Below are positions 9,029-19,450 of a stretch of 64,000 bases of DNA, piece by piece (within the stretch, counting starts at the first letter, position 1; each line of letters opens with the position of its first letter). The stretch comes from Phycisphaerae bacterium (GTDB lineage: Bacteria > Planctomycetota > Phycisphaerae > FEN-1346 > JAACEH01), in NCBI GenBank assembly GCA_012729015.1, contig JAAYDY010000044.1, positions 19,891 to 83,890 of the forward strand, in the 5' to 3' direction. A model generated the notes under the pieces. The model had not been told where the DNA came from. It did no database searches and saw nothing but the letters and a program-made list of their open reading frames with translations. The position numbers and the translations under genes were made by a program.

Positions 9029-10627
9029 TCATCGGCGACGGGCGTCGCCGGCGGAGGCGGACGAGGCGGCGGGCGTCTCGGTCTCGGGCAGCGGGGAGAC
9101 GCGTTTGCGGAGGGCACAAACGCAGTTGCGGCCGTCGCGTTTGGCGGCGTAGGCCGATTCGTCGGCCATCTGGATGAGCAACTCCTTGTCCACGGGGCGG
9201 TTGGGGTTCATCGCGGCCACGCCGATGCTGACGGTAACGTGATAGGGGGTCTCCTGACCGTCGCTCTTGAACTTCCAGGCGGCGACGAGGCGTCGAATCT
9301 TCTCGGCCAACTGGGTGGCGCCCCAGAGTTCGGTCTCGAGGAGGGTGAGCATGAACTCCTCGCCGCCGTAACGGCAGAGGCAATCCACGTCGCGCGTGGC
9401 GGCTCCGAGGAGCTTTGCCAACTGTCGGAGGATGGCGTCGCCCACCAGGTGTCCGTGGGAGTCGTTGATCTGCTTGAAGTGATCGACGTCGATGAACAGG
9501 ACGCTGAGCGGCCTGCGGAACCTGGCGGCGCGGGCGATTTCGCGTTCGAGGAAGCCTTCCATGAATCGTCGGTTGTAGACGCCGGTGAGGGGGTCGGTAT
9601 TGGCCTTCTGGGCAAGCTGCCTGTTGGACTCTTCGAGGACTTCGAGCCGCTCGGAGGCCTCGCGCTGCGAACGTTCGGCCTCGTGCATGCGTTGCTGCGC
9701 CTGGAGGTTGAGCCGCGTGAGCTCCTGGTTGGCCTGCTGGACGATCTGGGCGTAGCTGAGCGACTCGGGAATCTGGATGTCGAGGACCTTGGCGACTTCC
9801 TGGATGTCGGCGTGCAGGTTCACGACGAGTGAGCGGCATGACTCGCTGTCGAGGCCGAGACAGGCTTCGGCGGCGGTCTCGAACGCCTTGATCTGGTCGC
9901 CCTGGGCTTCTGTGCAGAACACGTCGGCACAGAGAGTTGCGACGCGAAGCACATCGGCGAGGCTGGTCAGCATGGCGTCGGCGCCGCCGACGGTCTCCGA
10001 ATCGTGATGGTGGCCGATGGGCAGCGTCAGCAGTTCCGGAAGATGCCACGCCTCGGTCATGGCGAGGCTCAGTTGCTGGTGATCGACGCCAAATCGCTCG
10101 CGCTCGACGGCGACGATGCCGGCGTGAGAGCAACCGGGAGCGGCACATAGATCGGCGTAGTCCCGCTTGAAGGCGTCGTGCATGGCCATGACGCCGACGT
10201 CGGCGAGAAGGCCGGCGGTGAAGGCCTCTTCGCGGAGGATCGGAATCTTCCTGGCTGCAAAGGTTCGTGCGGCCACGGCCATGTGGAGGCTGCGGCGCCA
10301 GAAGGAGGTCAGGTCGCCGGCGGCGGTTCCTCGCGAGGTGATGGTGTCGGCGAGGGAGAAGCCGAGAGCGAGGGTTTTGACGCTGGCCATGCCAAGCATG
10401 ACGACGGCCTGACCGATGGTGGAGACCTTGCGCGGTAACCCGTAATAGGCGCTGTTGACGACGCTGAGAATGCGACCGCTGAGGGCTACGTCGCGGGCAA
10501 TAACGCCGGCGATTTCCTTCAGGTCGATGTTCTCTTCGCGAGAAAGCCGCAGCACCTCCAGCGCGATGGCTGGAATGGTGGGCAGATTCTGGCACTGAGC
10601 CACAATCTCGGCCGGTGTTCTGGACAT
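9029..10627 (-). CDS. HDOD-domain / GGDEF diguanylate cyclase (canonical GGEEF)
   Basis: N-terminal HDOD-like region, coiled-coil linker, GGDEF domain with RYGGEEFMLTL and DxLTG. Confidence 0.7.
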   Translation of the reverse strand: MSRTPAEIVAQCQNLPTIPAIALEVLRLSREENIDLKEIAGVIARDVALSGRILSVVNSAYYGLPRKVSTIGQAVVMLGMASVKTLALGFSLADTITSRGTAAGDLTSFWRRSLHMAVAARTFAARKIPILREEAFTAGLLADVGVMAMHDAFKRDYADLCAAPGCSHAGIVAVERERFGVDHQQLSLAMTEAWHLPELLTLPIGHHHDSETVGGADAMLTSLADVLRVATLCADVFCTEAQGDQIKAFETAAEACLGLDSESCRSLVVNLHADIQEVAKVLDIQIPESLSYAQIVQQANQELTRLNLQAQQRMHEAERSQREASERLEVLEESNRQLAQKANTDPLTGVYNRRFMEGFLEREIARAARFRRPLSVLFIDVDHFKQINDSHGHLVGDAILRQLAKLLGAATRDVDCLCRYGGEEFMLTLLETELWGATQLAEKIRRLVAAWKFKSDGQETPYHVTVSIGVAAMNPNRPVDKELLIQMADESAYAAKRDGRNCVCALRKRVSPLPETETPAASSASAGDARRR

Positions 10628-10932
10628 CTGGGCCTCAACAAACTGGTCTTGGACGGCTGACCGCGTTTTCGGCACACACGCAACTGCAACGTCGCAGGGC
10701 AGCCAAACCACTACAGATGAGTTGCCAAAACTATGGACAGTCCCCTCCCCCCACGTGGGGAGACGTCCCAGCGCAGTAGTTTTATCGGCACGACATGCAG
10801 GGGACTTTACCAGGATATCGGTCAATTGCCTCCAGGAGTCGGGAAGGGTCAGGCGTGTCCAGTTTGACTTGTGACACTGGAAACGGTAGAATCGAGCCGG
10901 TTATGGAGTCGAGGGGATCCGGGGAATCCTAT

Positions 10933-11193
10933 ATGCCCGAGAATACGAAGAAAAGCGCCCTCTTGTTGGGGCTTGGACTGGATAATCAGGACGGCCACAA
11001 GCGTGTCACGCGCGGCGAGGAATTCCTGCTGGTCGGCGGCAGCAGCGAAACCCACGAGAAGATGCAGGAAACGGCAATCCGTTTCTCGGAACAGTTGGAC
11101 AAGCGCGGCAAGCGGCTGGCCGACGTGTCGGCGGAGGAACTTCGCGACATTGCCCACAAGGCGGGTATGACGCTGCACGAGCCGGAGAACTGA
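10933..11193 (+). CDS. Small conserved hypothetical protein (86 aa)
   Basis: Start chosen at MPENTKK after a GAGGGGA Shine-Dalgarno; no motif recognised. Confidence 0.4.
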   Translation: MPENTKKSALLLGLGLDNQDGHKRVTRGEEFLLVGGSSETHEKMQETAIRFSEQLDKRGKRLADVSAEELRDIAHKAGMTLHEPEN

Positions 11194-11212
11194 CGGCGAC
11201 GTCGGCGTAGCG

Positions 11213-11530
11213 TCAGGTGAGGGGGCCGCCGAATCGCCCGTCGGCGGCACCGTCGCTGCGGTCGATGATTTCCACGAATCGGGCGAACTCCTCGCGGTCG
11301 ATGGTCCCTTTGCCGATCAGCAGGCGCACGAGCGTCGCCAGATAGAGCTTCATCTCGGCGCAGTCGGCCTCCAGGCGAACGAGCCGCTCGTCCTGGCTCT
11401 GATCGACATCCTGCTGCACTCTCCGCCTCGTGTTCAGCTCGAATCGCAGTTGGGCCACGGTCTGCTCGACGTCGTCGATGTCGAGGCGGTTTCCGATGTC
11501 GCCCAGCAACAAGGTGCGTCCCCAGCCCAT
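11213..11530 (-). CDS. Hypothetical protein (105 aa), convergent with the previous gene
   Basis: Coding-like composition; an 8-bp stem hairpin (GCCGCCGA...TCGGCGGC) lies within its 3' end. Confidence 0.35.
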   Translation of the reverse strand: MGWGRTLLLGDIGNRLDIDDVEQTVAQLRFELNTRRRVQQDVDQSQDERLVRLEADCAEMKLYLATLVRLLIGKGTIDREEFARFVEIIDRSDGAADGRFGGPLT

Positions 11531-11982
11531 AGGCGGTCTCCTTACTCATAGAGGTGTCAGGAATGCGGCAGCCCGGCACCATAGCCGTCGCAAGTTGTTG
11601 CCGCTATTCTGCCCTGCCGGTGCCGCGTCGGCAACCCTATTCCTGCGGCGGGGCAGGACAGATTCGCGGCGAAAGAAGGACGGGGCATGCCCGGGAGCGG
11701 CCATGACGCCGGGTATGGTGCCCCTCGGGGGGCGTCGAGTCTGTTGACTCGACCTACGCACTCAAGCTGTGGGGATGGGGTGCATTAACTCTGGGGAATC
11801 AGCGACAGGATGCCCCTGCCACTGACGGGCAAGATGCCCGTGCCACGGGACAGCCCCCACAATGTGAATGCATCCCTCAGTGACGATGGCTTGCCTCGGT
11901 GGCGTGACGGATGCTAGAATAGGTTGTTTCGGCGTTGCGGCACGGCAAGGCCGGGGCCAGTCATTGGCCGAAAGGAGCGGCG

Positions 11983-14817
11983 GTGGGCGGAGACGTGATC
12001 AAGATTCGCGGCGCGCGCGAGCACAACCTGAAAAACCTGAATCTGGATTTGCCGGCGGGGCGTCTGATCGTGGTGACGGGCCTGTCGGGCTCGGGGAAGT
12101 CGTCACTGGCGTTCGACACGGTGTACGCCGAGGGGCAGCGGCGGTACGTGGAGAGCCTGTCGGCGTATGCGCGGCAGTTTCTCGACGAGATGCAGAAGCC
12201 GGACGTGGACCATATCGAGGGCCTTCCGCCGGCGATTGCGATTGAGCAGCGGATACAGAACCCGAATCCGCGTTCGACGGTGGCGACGACAACGGAGATA
12301 CACGACTATCTGCGTCTGCTGTACGCGCGGTGCGGGACGCCGCACTGCCCGACCTGCGGCCGCGAAGTGCGACAGCAGTCGTCGGACGAGATCGTGGACA
12401 CGATTCTGCGGTTGCCCTTGGGCACGCGAATCATGGTGATGGCGCCGCTGGTGCGGGGCCAGAAGGGCGAGCACAAGGACGTCATCCGGCGGATTCAGCG
12501 CGAGGGGTTCGTTCGGGTGCGGATCGACGACCGCATCTTCGACGTGAAAGCGGCCCCTGCCCTGAAGAAGACGCTGGTTCACACGGTCGAGGCGGTGGTG
12601 GACCGGCTGGTGATCAAGCCGAACATGCGGAACCGCCTGGCGGATTCGGTGGAGATGGCGTTGCGTCTGGCGGACGGGCTGGCGGTGGTGGCGTCGGAGG
12701 GGGAGCGCAACGGGTGGACCGACACGCTGTACAGCCAGCTCTACGCGTGTCCGCACTGCCAGGAATCGTTCGAGGAACTGACGCCTCGGAAATTCTCGTT
12801 CAACAGCCCGTACGGCGCGTGCCCGACGTGCGACGGGTTGGGGACACATCTGGAATTCGACCCTGAGCTGCTGGTGACGGAGCCCGGGCTGCCTCCGGCG
12901 CAGGGGATCTCGCTGCTGGCCAAGGGGGCTCAGCGTCTGGGTCTGAAGCCGCAGGCGATCCTGGCCGAGTTTGCGGCGGCGGCGGGCGTGAAGGCGGGTA
13001 CGCCGTACGAGTCGCTGCCGGCGGCGAAAGCGAAGTTGCTGATGCACGGCGGACGCGGGTTCGGCGGGCTGATTCCGTTGCTGCGTGAGAAGTTCCAGCA
13101 CAGTTCGTCGGAGTTTGTGAAGCGTCGGCTGATGGGTTTCATGAGCAACCTGCCCTGCCCCGCGTGCGGCGGCGCGCGGCTGCGGCGGGAAGCGCTGGCC
13201 GTCACCGTGGCGGACAAGTCGATCGCCGAGATCGCGTCGATGAGCATTGCACGGGCCGCGGCGTTTTTCGCCGGGTTGTCGTTCGAAGGGCCGCGTGCGC
13301 TGATTGCCGAGCAGATTCTCCGTCAGATCCGACACCAGTTGAGCTTCATGAGCGACATCGGCATTGGGTATCTGACGCTGGACCGGATGACGCAGACGCT
13401 GGCCGGCGGCGAGGCGCAGCGCATCCGCTTGGCGACGCAGATCGGCAGCGGGCTGGTGGGCGTGTGCTATGTGCTGGACGAGCCGACGATCGGGTTGCAT
13501 CCGCGGGACAACGAGCGGTTGCTCGGGTCGCTGCTGAACCTGCGTGACATGGGCAACACGCTGCTGGTGGTGGAGCACGACGAGGACACGATCCGTGCGG
13601 CGGATTATGTGTTGGACATGGGCCCTGGCGCCGGGGTGGCCGGGGGCCGCGTGGTGTGCCAGGGAACGGTCGATGAGATCATGGCCTGTGGAGAGTCGCT
13701 GACGGGCCAGTTCCTGTCCGGGCGCACGGATTTTCTGCTGCCGTCGAAACGTCGCCGGGTGACGCCGCGGCGGGCGATTGTCGTCAAGGGGGCGACGGAG
13801 CACAATCTGAAGGGCATCGACGTGGCGTTCCCGCTGGGCGTGTTCACGTGCGTGACGGGTGTGAGCGGCTCGGGCAAGAGCACACTGGTCAGCGAAATCC
13901 TGTTGCCGGCGCTGCGTCGGGAACTGTACGGCGGCCAGCACAAGCCGGGCCGTCACGAGCGGATCACGGGAGTGGGCCAGATCGACAAGGTGGTGGAGAT
14001 CGACCAGTCGCCGATCGGCCGCACGCCGCGGTCGAACGCGGCGACGTACACGGGACTGTTCGACCTGATCCGGCAGGTGCTGGTGCGGACGCGGGAGGCG
14101 AAAATCCGGGGATACAAGCCGGGGCGGTTCTCGTTCAACGTCAAAGGCGGCCGTTGCGAGGCGTGCCAGGGCCAGGGCGTCAAGAAGATCGAGATGCATT
14201 TCCTGCCGGACCTGTTCGTCATGTGTCAGCAGTGTCACGGCTCGCGATACAACCGGGAAACCCTGGAGATTCGCTATCGCGGGCTGAACGTGGCGGAGAT
14301 GCTGGACATGTCCGTGGACGAGGCGCTGGGTTTCTTCGAGAACTTTCCGAAGATCACGGCTCAATTGACGGCTCTTCAGAGCGTGGGCCTTGGGTACATC
14401 CGCATCGGGCAGCCCTCGACAACGCTGTCGGGCGGTGAGGCTCAGCGTGTGAAACTGGCCGCTGAACTCGGGAAGGCGGCCACAGGGAAGACGCTCTATG
14501 TGCTGGACGAGCCCACCACGGGCCTGCACTTCGCGGACATTCAGCGGCTGCTGGACGTGTTGGGGCGGCTGGTGGACAAGGGCAACACGGTGGTGGTGAT
14601 CGAGCACAACCTGGAAGTGGTGTCGCACGCGGACTGGATCATCGACCTGGGGCCGGACGGCGGGGACGAGGGCGGACGCGTGGTGGCCGAGGGATCGCCG
14701 GAACAGTTGGCGAAGCACGCGACGTCGCACACGGGCGGCCACCTGGCAGCTTACCTTGAGAGGCACGCCGCGCGGACGCCCGATGTGGAACGTCGTGCGT
14801 CGCACAAGGCGGGCTGA
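11983..14817 (+). CDS. uvrA: Excinuclease ABC subunit A
   Basis: UvrA N-terminus IKIRGAREHNLKNLNLDLP, duplicated ABC ATPase (GLSGSGKSSL, GVSGSGKSTL, LSGGEAQR x2) with zinc-finger cysteines; GTG start 6 nt after AAAGGAG. Confidence 0.95.
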   Translation: MGGDVIKIRGAREHNLKNLNLDLPAGRLIVVTGLSGSGKSSLAFDTVYAEGQRRYVESLSAYARQFLDEMQKPDVDHIEGLPPAIAIEQRIQNPNPRSTVATTTEIHDYLRLLYARCGTPHCPTCGREVRQQSSDEIVDTILRLPLGTRIMVMAPLVRGQKGEHKDVIRRIQREGFVRVRIDDRIFDVKAAPALKKTLVHTVEAVVDRLVIKPNMRNRLADSVEMALRLADGLAVVASEGERNGWTDTLYSQLYACPHCQESFEELTPRKFSFNSPYGACPTCDGLGTHLEFDPELLVTEPGLPPAQGISLLAKGAQRLGLKPQAILAEFAAAAGVKAGTPYESLPAAKAKLLMHGGRGFGGLIPLLREKFQHSSSEFVKRRLMGFMSNLPCPACGGARLRREALAVTVADKSIAEIASMSIARAAAFFAGLSFEGPRALIAEQILRQIRHQLSFMSDIGIGYLTLDRMTQTLAGGEAQRIRLATQIGSGLVGVCYVLDEPTIGLHPRDNERLLGSLLNLRDMGNTLLVVEHDEDTIRAADYVLDMGPGAGVAGGRVVCQGTVDEIMACGESLTGQFLSGRTDFLLPSKRRRVTPRRAIVVKGATEHNLKGIDVAFPLGVFTCVTGVSGSGKSTLVSEILLPALRRELYGGQHKPGRHERITGVGQIDKVVEIDQSPIGRTPRSNAATYTGLFDLIRQVLVRTREAKIRGYKPGRFSFNVKGGRCEACQGQGVKKIEMHFLPDLFVMCQQCHGSRYNRETLEIRYRGLNVAEMLDMSVDEALGFFENFPKITAQLTALQSVGLGYIRIGQPSTTLSGGEAQRVKLAAELGKAATGKTLYVLDEPTTGLHFADIQRLLDVLGRLVDKGNTVVVIEHNLEVVSHADWIIDLGPDGGDEGGRVVAEGSPEQLAKHATSHTGGHLAAYLERHAARTPDVERRASHKAG

Positions 14818-14967
14818 GGGCGCGGCCAGTGCGCTGCATATTTGCCGGCACCCGCCCCTGTCATTGCATTCTGCCTTCGTCGTGTTCGCGCACATCTGCA
14901 ATGTTGTGTTCGCTATGATTGCAGCGTTATCATGACGAGGTCTCCCCGGGGAGAGTCAGGAGCAGCC

Positions 14968-17388
14968 ATGGCACACGTGTCCATCGCCTTCAGACCATGT
15001 ATGCGGTTGGCCGTGTCAGTTGTAACTGCGGTCGGTCTGAGCGTCGCCTCGATTGCCGCGGAGCCGGTTCGGGAGCATCCGCGGCTGTTTTTCTCGGTCG
15101 GGGACGTGCCGCGGCTGCGGGAGCAGGCCCGCACCACGCACGCACGCCTGGCGACCAACATTCTGCGACAGGCCGATGCTATCCTGGCAAAACCGGTGCC
15201 GCCCTACCCCGAGCAGGTGGGCTACGAAGCGTTCACCCAGCCGACGGAACTGCCGATCCCCGTGGCCCTGGCCTGGGTGCTCACGGGGGAGCGCAAGTAC
15301 CTGGACCGCACGCGCGAGATGCTGGTGTCGTTCGCCCGGTGGCCGCACTGGGGCAACGAACGGCAGGTGGGCCAGCGCGACTACGCCCTGGCCTGGATGC
15401 TGCGGGCGTGCGCGGTGGCCTACGACTGGACGTATCCGGAGCTGTCCGAGGAGGATCGTCGCCTGGTGCGTGAGGCCCTAGGCCGCCATGCGCAGGAGGT
15501 CTACGAAGCGGCCACCGTGCCCAAGTACAACAATCTGTGGCAGAACTGGTGGCGGACCAGCTACGCGCAGAACCACTGGCACCACTGCGTGTTCCCGCTC
15601 GGCCTGGCGGCGCTGGTGCTGGAAGGCGAGGACGAGCGGGCCGGCCAGTGGCTGGAGTTCAGCGAGCGGAGCATGCGGCTGGTGAGCGAGATGCTGGAAG
15701 GCATCGGCGACGGCACATGGCACGAAGGACCGCACTACCAGGACGGCATGCTGGGAACGATTGTGCCGCTCTACCTGAACATGAGGCGTCTGAAAGGCAT
15801 CGACCTTCTGGACGAGGGGTACATGCGAAGCTATGCCCTGTGGCGCGTCTACAACCATGTGCCTGGCGTGCCGCGGGCGGCGCTGATGCGCTACAGCAGT
15901 TTCGTGCCGCAATGGGGCGGCGCCATCACCGGCGGCGGGCACGCGACGTTGCGGTACATCGCCTCGCGTTACGGCGACGGGCGTGCGCAATGGCTGGCGG
16001 ATGCCATAGCGGCGAAGGAGCCGGGCATGACGTCGCCGCTGGAATTCTTCTACTATGATGCGACCGTGGCGGCGACGCCGCCGCAGGGGTTGTCGCTGGA
16101 CCGCACGTTCCCGGATCTCGCGGGGGTGATCTGGCGAACGGGCTGGGGCGACGACGATCTGGCGTTCGGCCTGAAGACGAGCGCCTACGGCGGGCGGTGG
16201 ATCTACGAGCACGTGATCAGCAGGAAGACGCCGTTCGATGCCGCCATGGGCGGAAGCCTGAATGCCGGCCACGACCACGCGGACGCGAACACGTTCTCGC
16301 TCTTCTGGGGACGGATGGAACTGGCGGGCGAGATGCCCGACCGCATCGTGATCGGGCAAGAGGGCGGCATCGGCAACAAGACAGAGGCCCACAACACGCT
16401 GCTGGTGGACGGCCGCGGGCAACTGCATCCGGGCGCGTCGGGCGGCCGCGTGGCCGAGGGAACTGACGGACGGTTGGAGGTGGTCTGCGGCGCCGGCGGG
16501 TCCAGCTACCTCGTGGCCGACGCGACAAACCGCTACCGTGATGTGCCGCGCGAGGGGCCGCCGGGGGAGCTGTGGCTGCGCGAGTTCCGCCGGCATGTTC
16601 TGTTCGATAAGCCGCGCTACCTGGTGATCGTCGATAGCGTCCGGAGCGACGCGGCACACGAGTACGATTGGCTGTGCCATCTGGTGGACGACGCGCCGAC
16701 CGACCGCGTGACGGTGGAGGACGGCTGGGTTCGCAGTCCGGCGGGGGAGACTCGCACCGGGCGACCGTGGTCCGACCCGCCGGCCAACGATGCGCGGATG
16801 TTGGGGATCCGCGTCGTGGCGCCCGAAGGATTCCGTCACGAGATCGGCGTCAGCCGGTACTTCACCACGTTCCGTACGCCGCTGCACAAGACATACGTGA
16901 AGCTTCGTCCGCCCCAGGCGACCGGCGATGTGCGGTTTGTGACCGTCCTGTGGCCGACGAAGACCGAGGCGTGGGATCAGCGGCCGCGGATCGAGCTGCC
17001 GACCGACACGGTCCACGCGGTCGGCGTCCGGGTTCACCTCGACGGGCAGCGGGATCACGTGGTCGCACTGGACGATGAGGAGACATCGGCGGGAGACTAC
17101 CGCCTTGCGGGCCGTGCAGCGACGGTGGCCCGCGATGCGCGCGGGCGATTGTCAAGAGTGTTCATGGCCTGCGGCACGCGTCTGTCGGAGGACGGCGGGA
17201 GGACGGCTCTCCTGGAGGCCGCGCAGCCCACAACCGTCGAAGCGGTGTACGGCGACGGGACGCTTACGCTGACAGGGCAGCACCTCCAGGGTCTGCGCAT
17301 TCATGCGGCCGGCGTCGCGCCGGATCGCGTCACGGTCAACGGCAAGCTCGGAGCGGCAGGAGAAGTCGGCGTGGTCCTGGTGCCGTAG
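14968..17388 (+). CDS. Secreted heparinase II/III-like / alginate-lyase-like polysaccharide lyase family protein
   Basis: Signal peptide after MAHV...; alpha/alpha-toroid N-region and ...HNTLLVDGRGQ... heparinase II/III-like C-region; AGGAG Shine-Dalgarno before ATG 14968. Confidence 0.5.
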   Translation: MAHVSIAFRPCMRLAVSVVTAVGLSVASIAAEPVREHPRLFFSVGDVPRLREQARTTHARLATNILRQADAILAKPVPPYPEQVGYEAFTQPTELPIPVALAWVLTGERKYLDRTREMLVSFARWPHWGNERQVGQRDYALAWMLRACAVAYDWTYPELSEEDRRLVREALGRHAQEVYEAATVPKYNNLWQNWWRTSYAQNHWHHCVFPLGLAALVLEGEDERAGQWLEFSERSMRLVSEMLEGIGDGTWHEGPHYQDGMLGTIVPLYLNMRRLKGIDLLDEGYMRSYALWRVYNHVPGVPRAALMRYSSFVPQWGGAITGGGHATLRYIASRYGDGRAQWLADAIAAKEPGMTSPLEFFYYDATVAATPPQGLSLDRTFPDLAGVIWRTGWGDDDLAFGLKTSAYGGRWIYEHVISRKTPFDAAMGGSLNAGHDHADANTFSLFWGRMELAGEMPDRIVIGQEGGIGNKTEAHNTLLVDGRGQLHPGASGGRVAEGTDGRLEVVCGAGGSSYLVADATNRYRDVPREGPPGELWLREFRRHVLFDKPRYLVIVDSVRSDAAHEYDWLCHLVDDAPTDRVTVEDGWVRSPAGETRTGRPWSDPPANDARMLGIRVVAPEGFRHEIGVSRYFTTFRTPLHKTYVKLRPPQATGDVRFVTVLWPTKTEAWDQRPRIELPTDTVHAVGVRVHLDGQRDHVVALDDEETSAGDYRLAGRAATVARDARGRLSRVFMACGTRLSEDGGRTALLEAAQPTTVEAVYGDGTLTLTGQHLQGLRIHAAGVAPDRVTVNGKLGAAGEVGVVLVP

Positions 17389-17554
17389 CAGCCTGCTGAA
17401 GGACTGTGGCACAGCCGCCCCCGGCCGTGCGGACGCAACAGCAACGGTCATTTTCGGCCTGCCGCCACGCCCGAGGGCGGGCGTGCCACACCGGGCTCCG
17501 GTTTCTTCAACGGGCTGGCAGGCGTCTCTGGATTGCTGATCCGCACGACGCCGG

Positions 17555-18031
17555 TCAGGCCGTGCGACCCTTTCCGGGCTTCTCCAGGAAGACCAGGGTC
17601 ACCTTGTCGCCGGCCCGTTCCTGGCGAAACCGGCGATAGCCCAATCGCTCGTAGAGGCGGAGGTTGTCGGCGCTTCTGTGACCCGTGAACAGCTCGAAAC
17701 GTGCGGCCTGGGGGTGGGCGGCCTCTATCGCCGCCATCAGGGCGACGCCGATGCCCTGCCTGCGGTGGTCAGGATGGACGAACAGACGCTCGATGTGGCA
17801 CGTGTCGTCGCGCTGCAACGCCCGGACGGAGCCGACCAGACGCCCGGCCGCAACGGCCTTGAGGATCCGCTTGAAGCCGAACTGGGCACGCAAGCTGTCG
17901 AGTTCCTCCACCAGGGGCGGCAGACTGTAGTCGTCGTAGATTGCCGCTTCGGTCTGATAGGCCAGTCGTTGAAGAGCAAGGATCGCAGGCGCGTCCTCCA
18001 TGGTTGCCGGTTGGATCTCGATCATGGCCAC
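17555..18031 (-). CDS. GNAT-family N-acetyltransferase
   Basis: Acetyl-CoA motif HPDHRRQGIGVALM in a ~160-aa protein. Confidence 0.7.
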   Translation of the reverse strand: MAMIEIQPATMEDAPAILALQRLAYQTEAAIYDDYSLPPLVEELDSLRAQFGFKRILKAVAAGRLVGSVRALQRDDTCHIERLFVHPDHRRQGIGVALMAAIEAAHPQAARFELFTGHRSADNLRLYERLGYRRFRQERAGDKVTLVFLEKPGKGRTA

Positions 18032-18046
18032 CCGTGGCCCTCCCCG

Positions 18047-19240
18047 TCAGGCGTACCCGCCGAAACCGAAGAACCAGTGCCGTTTGGCGAATCGGTAGAG
18101 CCAGTGCTTCTCGGGAATCTCACGGCCGGGAAGATGCTGGCTGGCGCGCGGCGCCATCCGCACCAGTTCGTCGAATCCGGTGCCGCGCCCCGTCGTGTCG
18201 CGGGCCCCCTGCCGCAGGAGAAACTCGCGGAGTTCGTGCGGGGCCTCCAGCAGCACACAGCCGCGCGTGCGCCGGGAGGCGAAGTCGCGGAACGCCTTCA
18301 GAAACGCCGACCGGTCGATACGCCCGACCACGTCGTCGCCGTTGCCGACGCTCTCGACGGCAAACTGGATGGGCGGACAGGGTTCGATGTCGCCCCAGGG
18401 ATTGACATGATAGGACATGCCTTCGGCCGCCGGACACAGCGCCCTGCCCTCGGCGTCGTAATACGTATCGACGATGATGATCGGCTTGCGGCATCGCATC
18501 TCGACGATGAAGCGTCGAAGCGTCACAAGCTCGTCGGGCGACAGGGCCAGTTCGGGACACGGGTTGGGCCCCGACGGGCGGTAGGCGTAGAACCAGACGT
18601 AGTGAACGCCAAGGTCGATCAGACGGTCCAGGTGCGACTCGGACGCGAGGTCGGCCAGGTTCGACTTGCAGACGCTGGTGGCCACGCCCGTGATCAGGCG
18701 GGCATCCAGGCAGTGCCGCAGGCCGGCCAGAGTCCGCGCGTGGACGTCCCGACCGCCTCGCCGCTGGTCGCTGACGGCCGCGTCGCCTTCGATGCTCACC
18801 AACGGCGTCACGTTGCCGGCGCGCCGGAGCCTTCGGGCCGCGTCGGCCGTGATGAGGGTCCCGTTGGTGAACAACTGGAAGTAGCAGTTGGGGTGGCGCT
18901 GGAACAGGTCGAACAGCCCGTCGTAGAGCAACGGCTCGCCGCCGAGGATGCCGAAGAAACGAGTGCCCTGCTCTGCCGCCCGGTGGATGATGCGTCCAAC
19001 GGCGGCCACGTCCAGGTCGGCCGGCGGCCCGTCGGTGGCCACCCAGCATCCCTGGCATCGGAGGTTGCAGCGGCTGGTGACGGACAGGAACAGGAACGGG
19101 GGAAACTGTCGGCCGCCGGCGATACGGCGGCGGAATCGGCGCATGGACCTCATGCCGCCGAGGCCGAAGTTCCACAGGAACTTCCACAGCGTCCGGGGAC
19201 TGCTTGTCGAGACCATGCGGTAGGCGAGCTGTCCGAGCAC
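18047..19240 (-). CDS. Radical SAM enzyme, HpnH-like (adenosyl-hopene transferase-like) family
   Basis: CNLRCQGC (CxxxCxxC) cluster, GGEPLL glycine-rich motif, C-terminal ...NPWGDIEPCPP... resembling the HpnH DUF3463 region; 15 nt upstream of the GNAT gene. Confidence 0.5.
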   Translation of the reverse strand: MLGQLAYRMVSTSSPRTLWKFLWNFGLGGMRSMRRFRRRIAGGRQFPPFLFLSVTSRCNLRCQGCWVATDGPPADLDVAAVGRIIHRAAEQGTRFFGILGGEPLLYDGLFDLFQRHPNCYFQLFTNGTLITADAARRLRRAGNVTPLVSIEGDAAVSDQRRGGRDVHARTLAGLRHCLDARLITGVATSVCKSNLADLASESHLDRLIDLGVHYVWFYAYRPSGPNPCPELALSPDELVTLRRFIVEMRCRKPIIIVDTYYDAEGRALCPAAEGMSYHVNPWGDIEPCPPIQFAVESVGNGDDVVGRIDRSAFLKAFRDFASRRTRGCVLLEAPHELREFLLRQGARDTTGRGTGFDELVRMAPRASQHLPGREIPEKHWLYRFAKRHWFFGFGGYA

Positions 19241-19450
19241 GTTCAGCCTTTCCGGAGGCGAGGCATACGAGTTACGCGAAGCCCAGTGGCCCCATTGCCA
19301 GGATTATAGCAGCCCCGGTCAAGGCGCCGCGAGGGTGAAAACGAATATCGCTGACTCCGACCGGCTCTGGCTTGCCAATGGAGCAACAATGACGTATCCT
19401 GAGGCCGTTCCATGAGTTCTGAGCGGCCGCCATGCGGCAGGGGGAATACC

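Noticed and set aside
7775-9832. 685-aa plus-strand ORF spanning the decarboxylase and GGDEF loci
   Set aside because: Antisense to two well-supported genes; D/G/A-rich with no motifs.
12103-14901. 932-aa ORF on the minus strand antisense to uvrA
   Set aside because: R/P/A/G-rich, motif-free translation typical of the shadow frame in high-GC DNA; the plus strand encodes an unmistakable UvrA.
14842-14967. Upstream ATG (14842) as the start of the heparinase-like gene
   Set aside because: It adds a 42-aa Cys-rich non-signal extension; ATG 14968 has an AGGAG Shine-Dalgarno and starts a plausible signal peptide.
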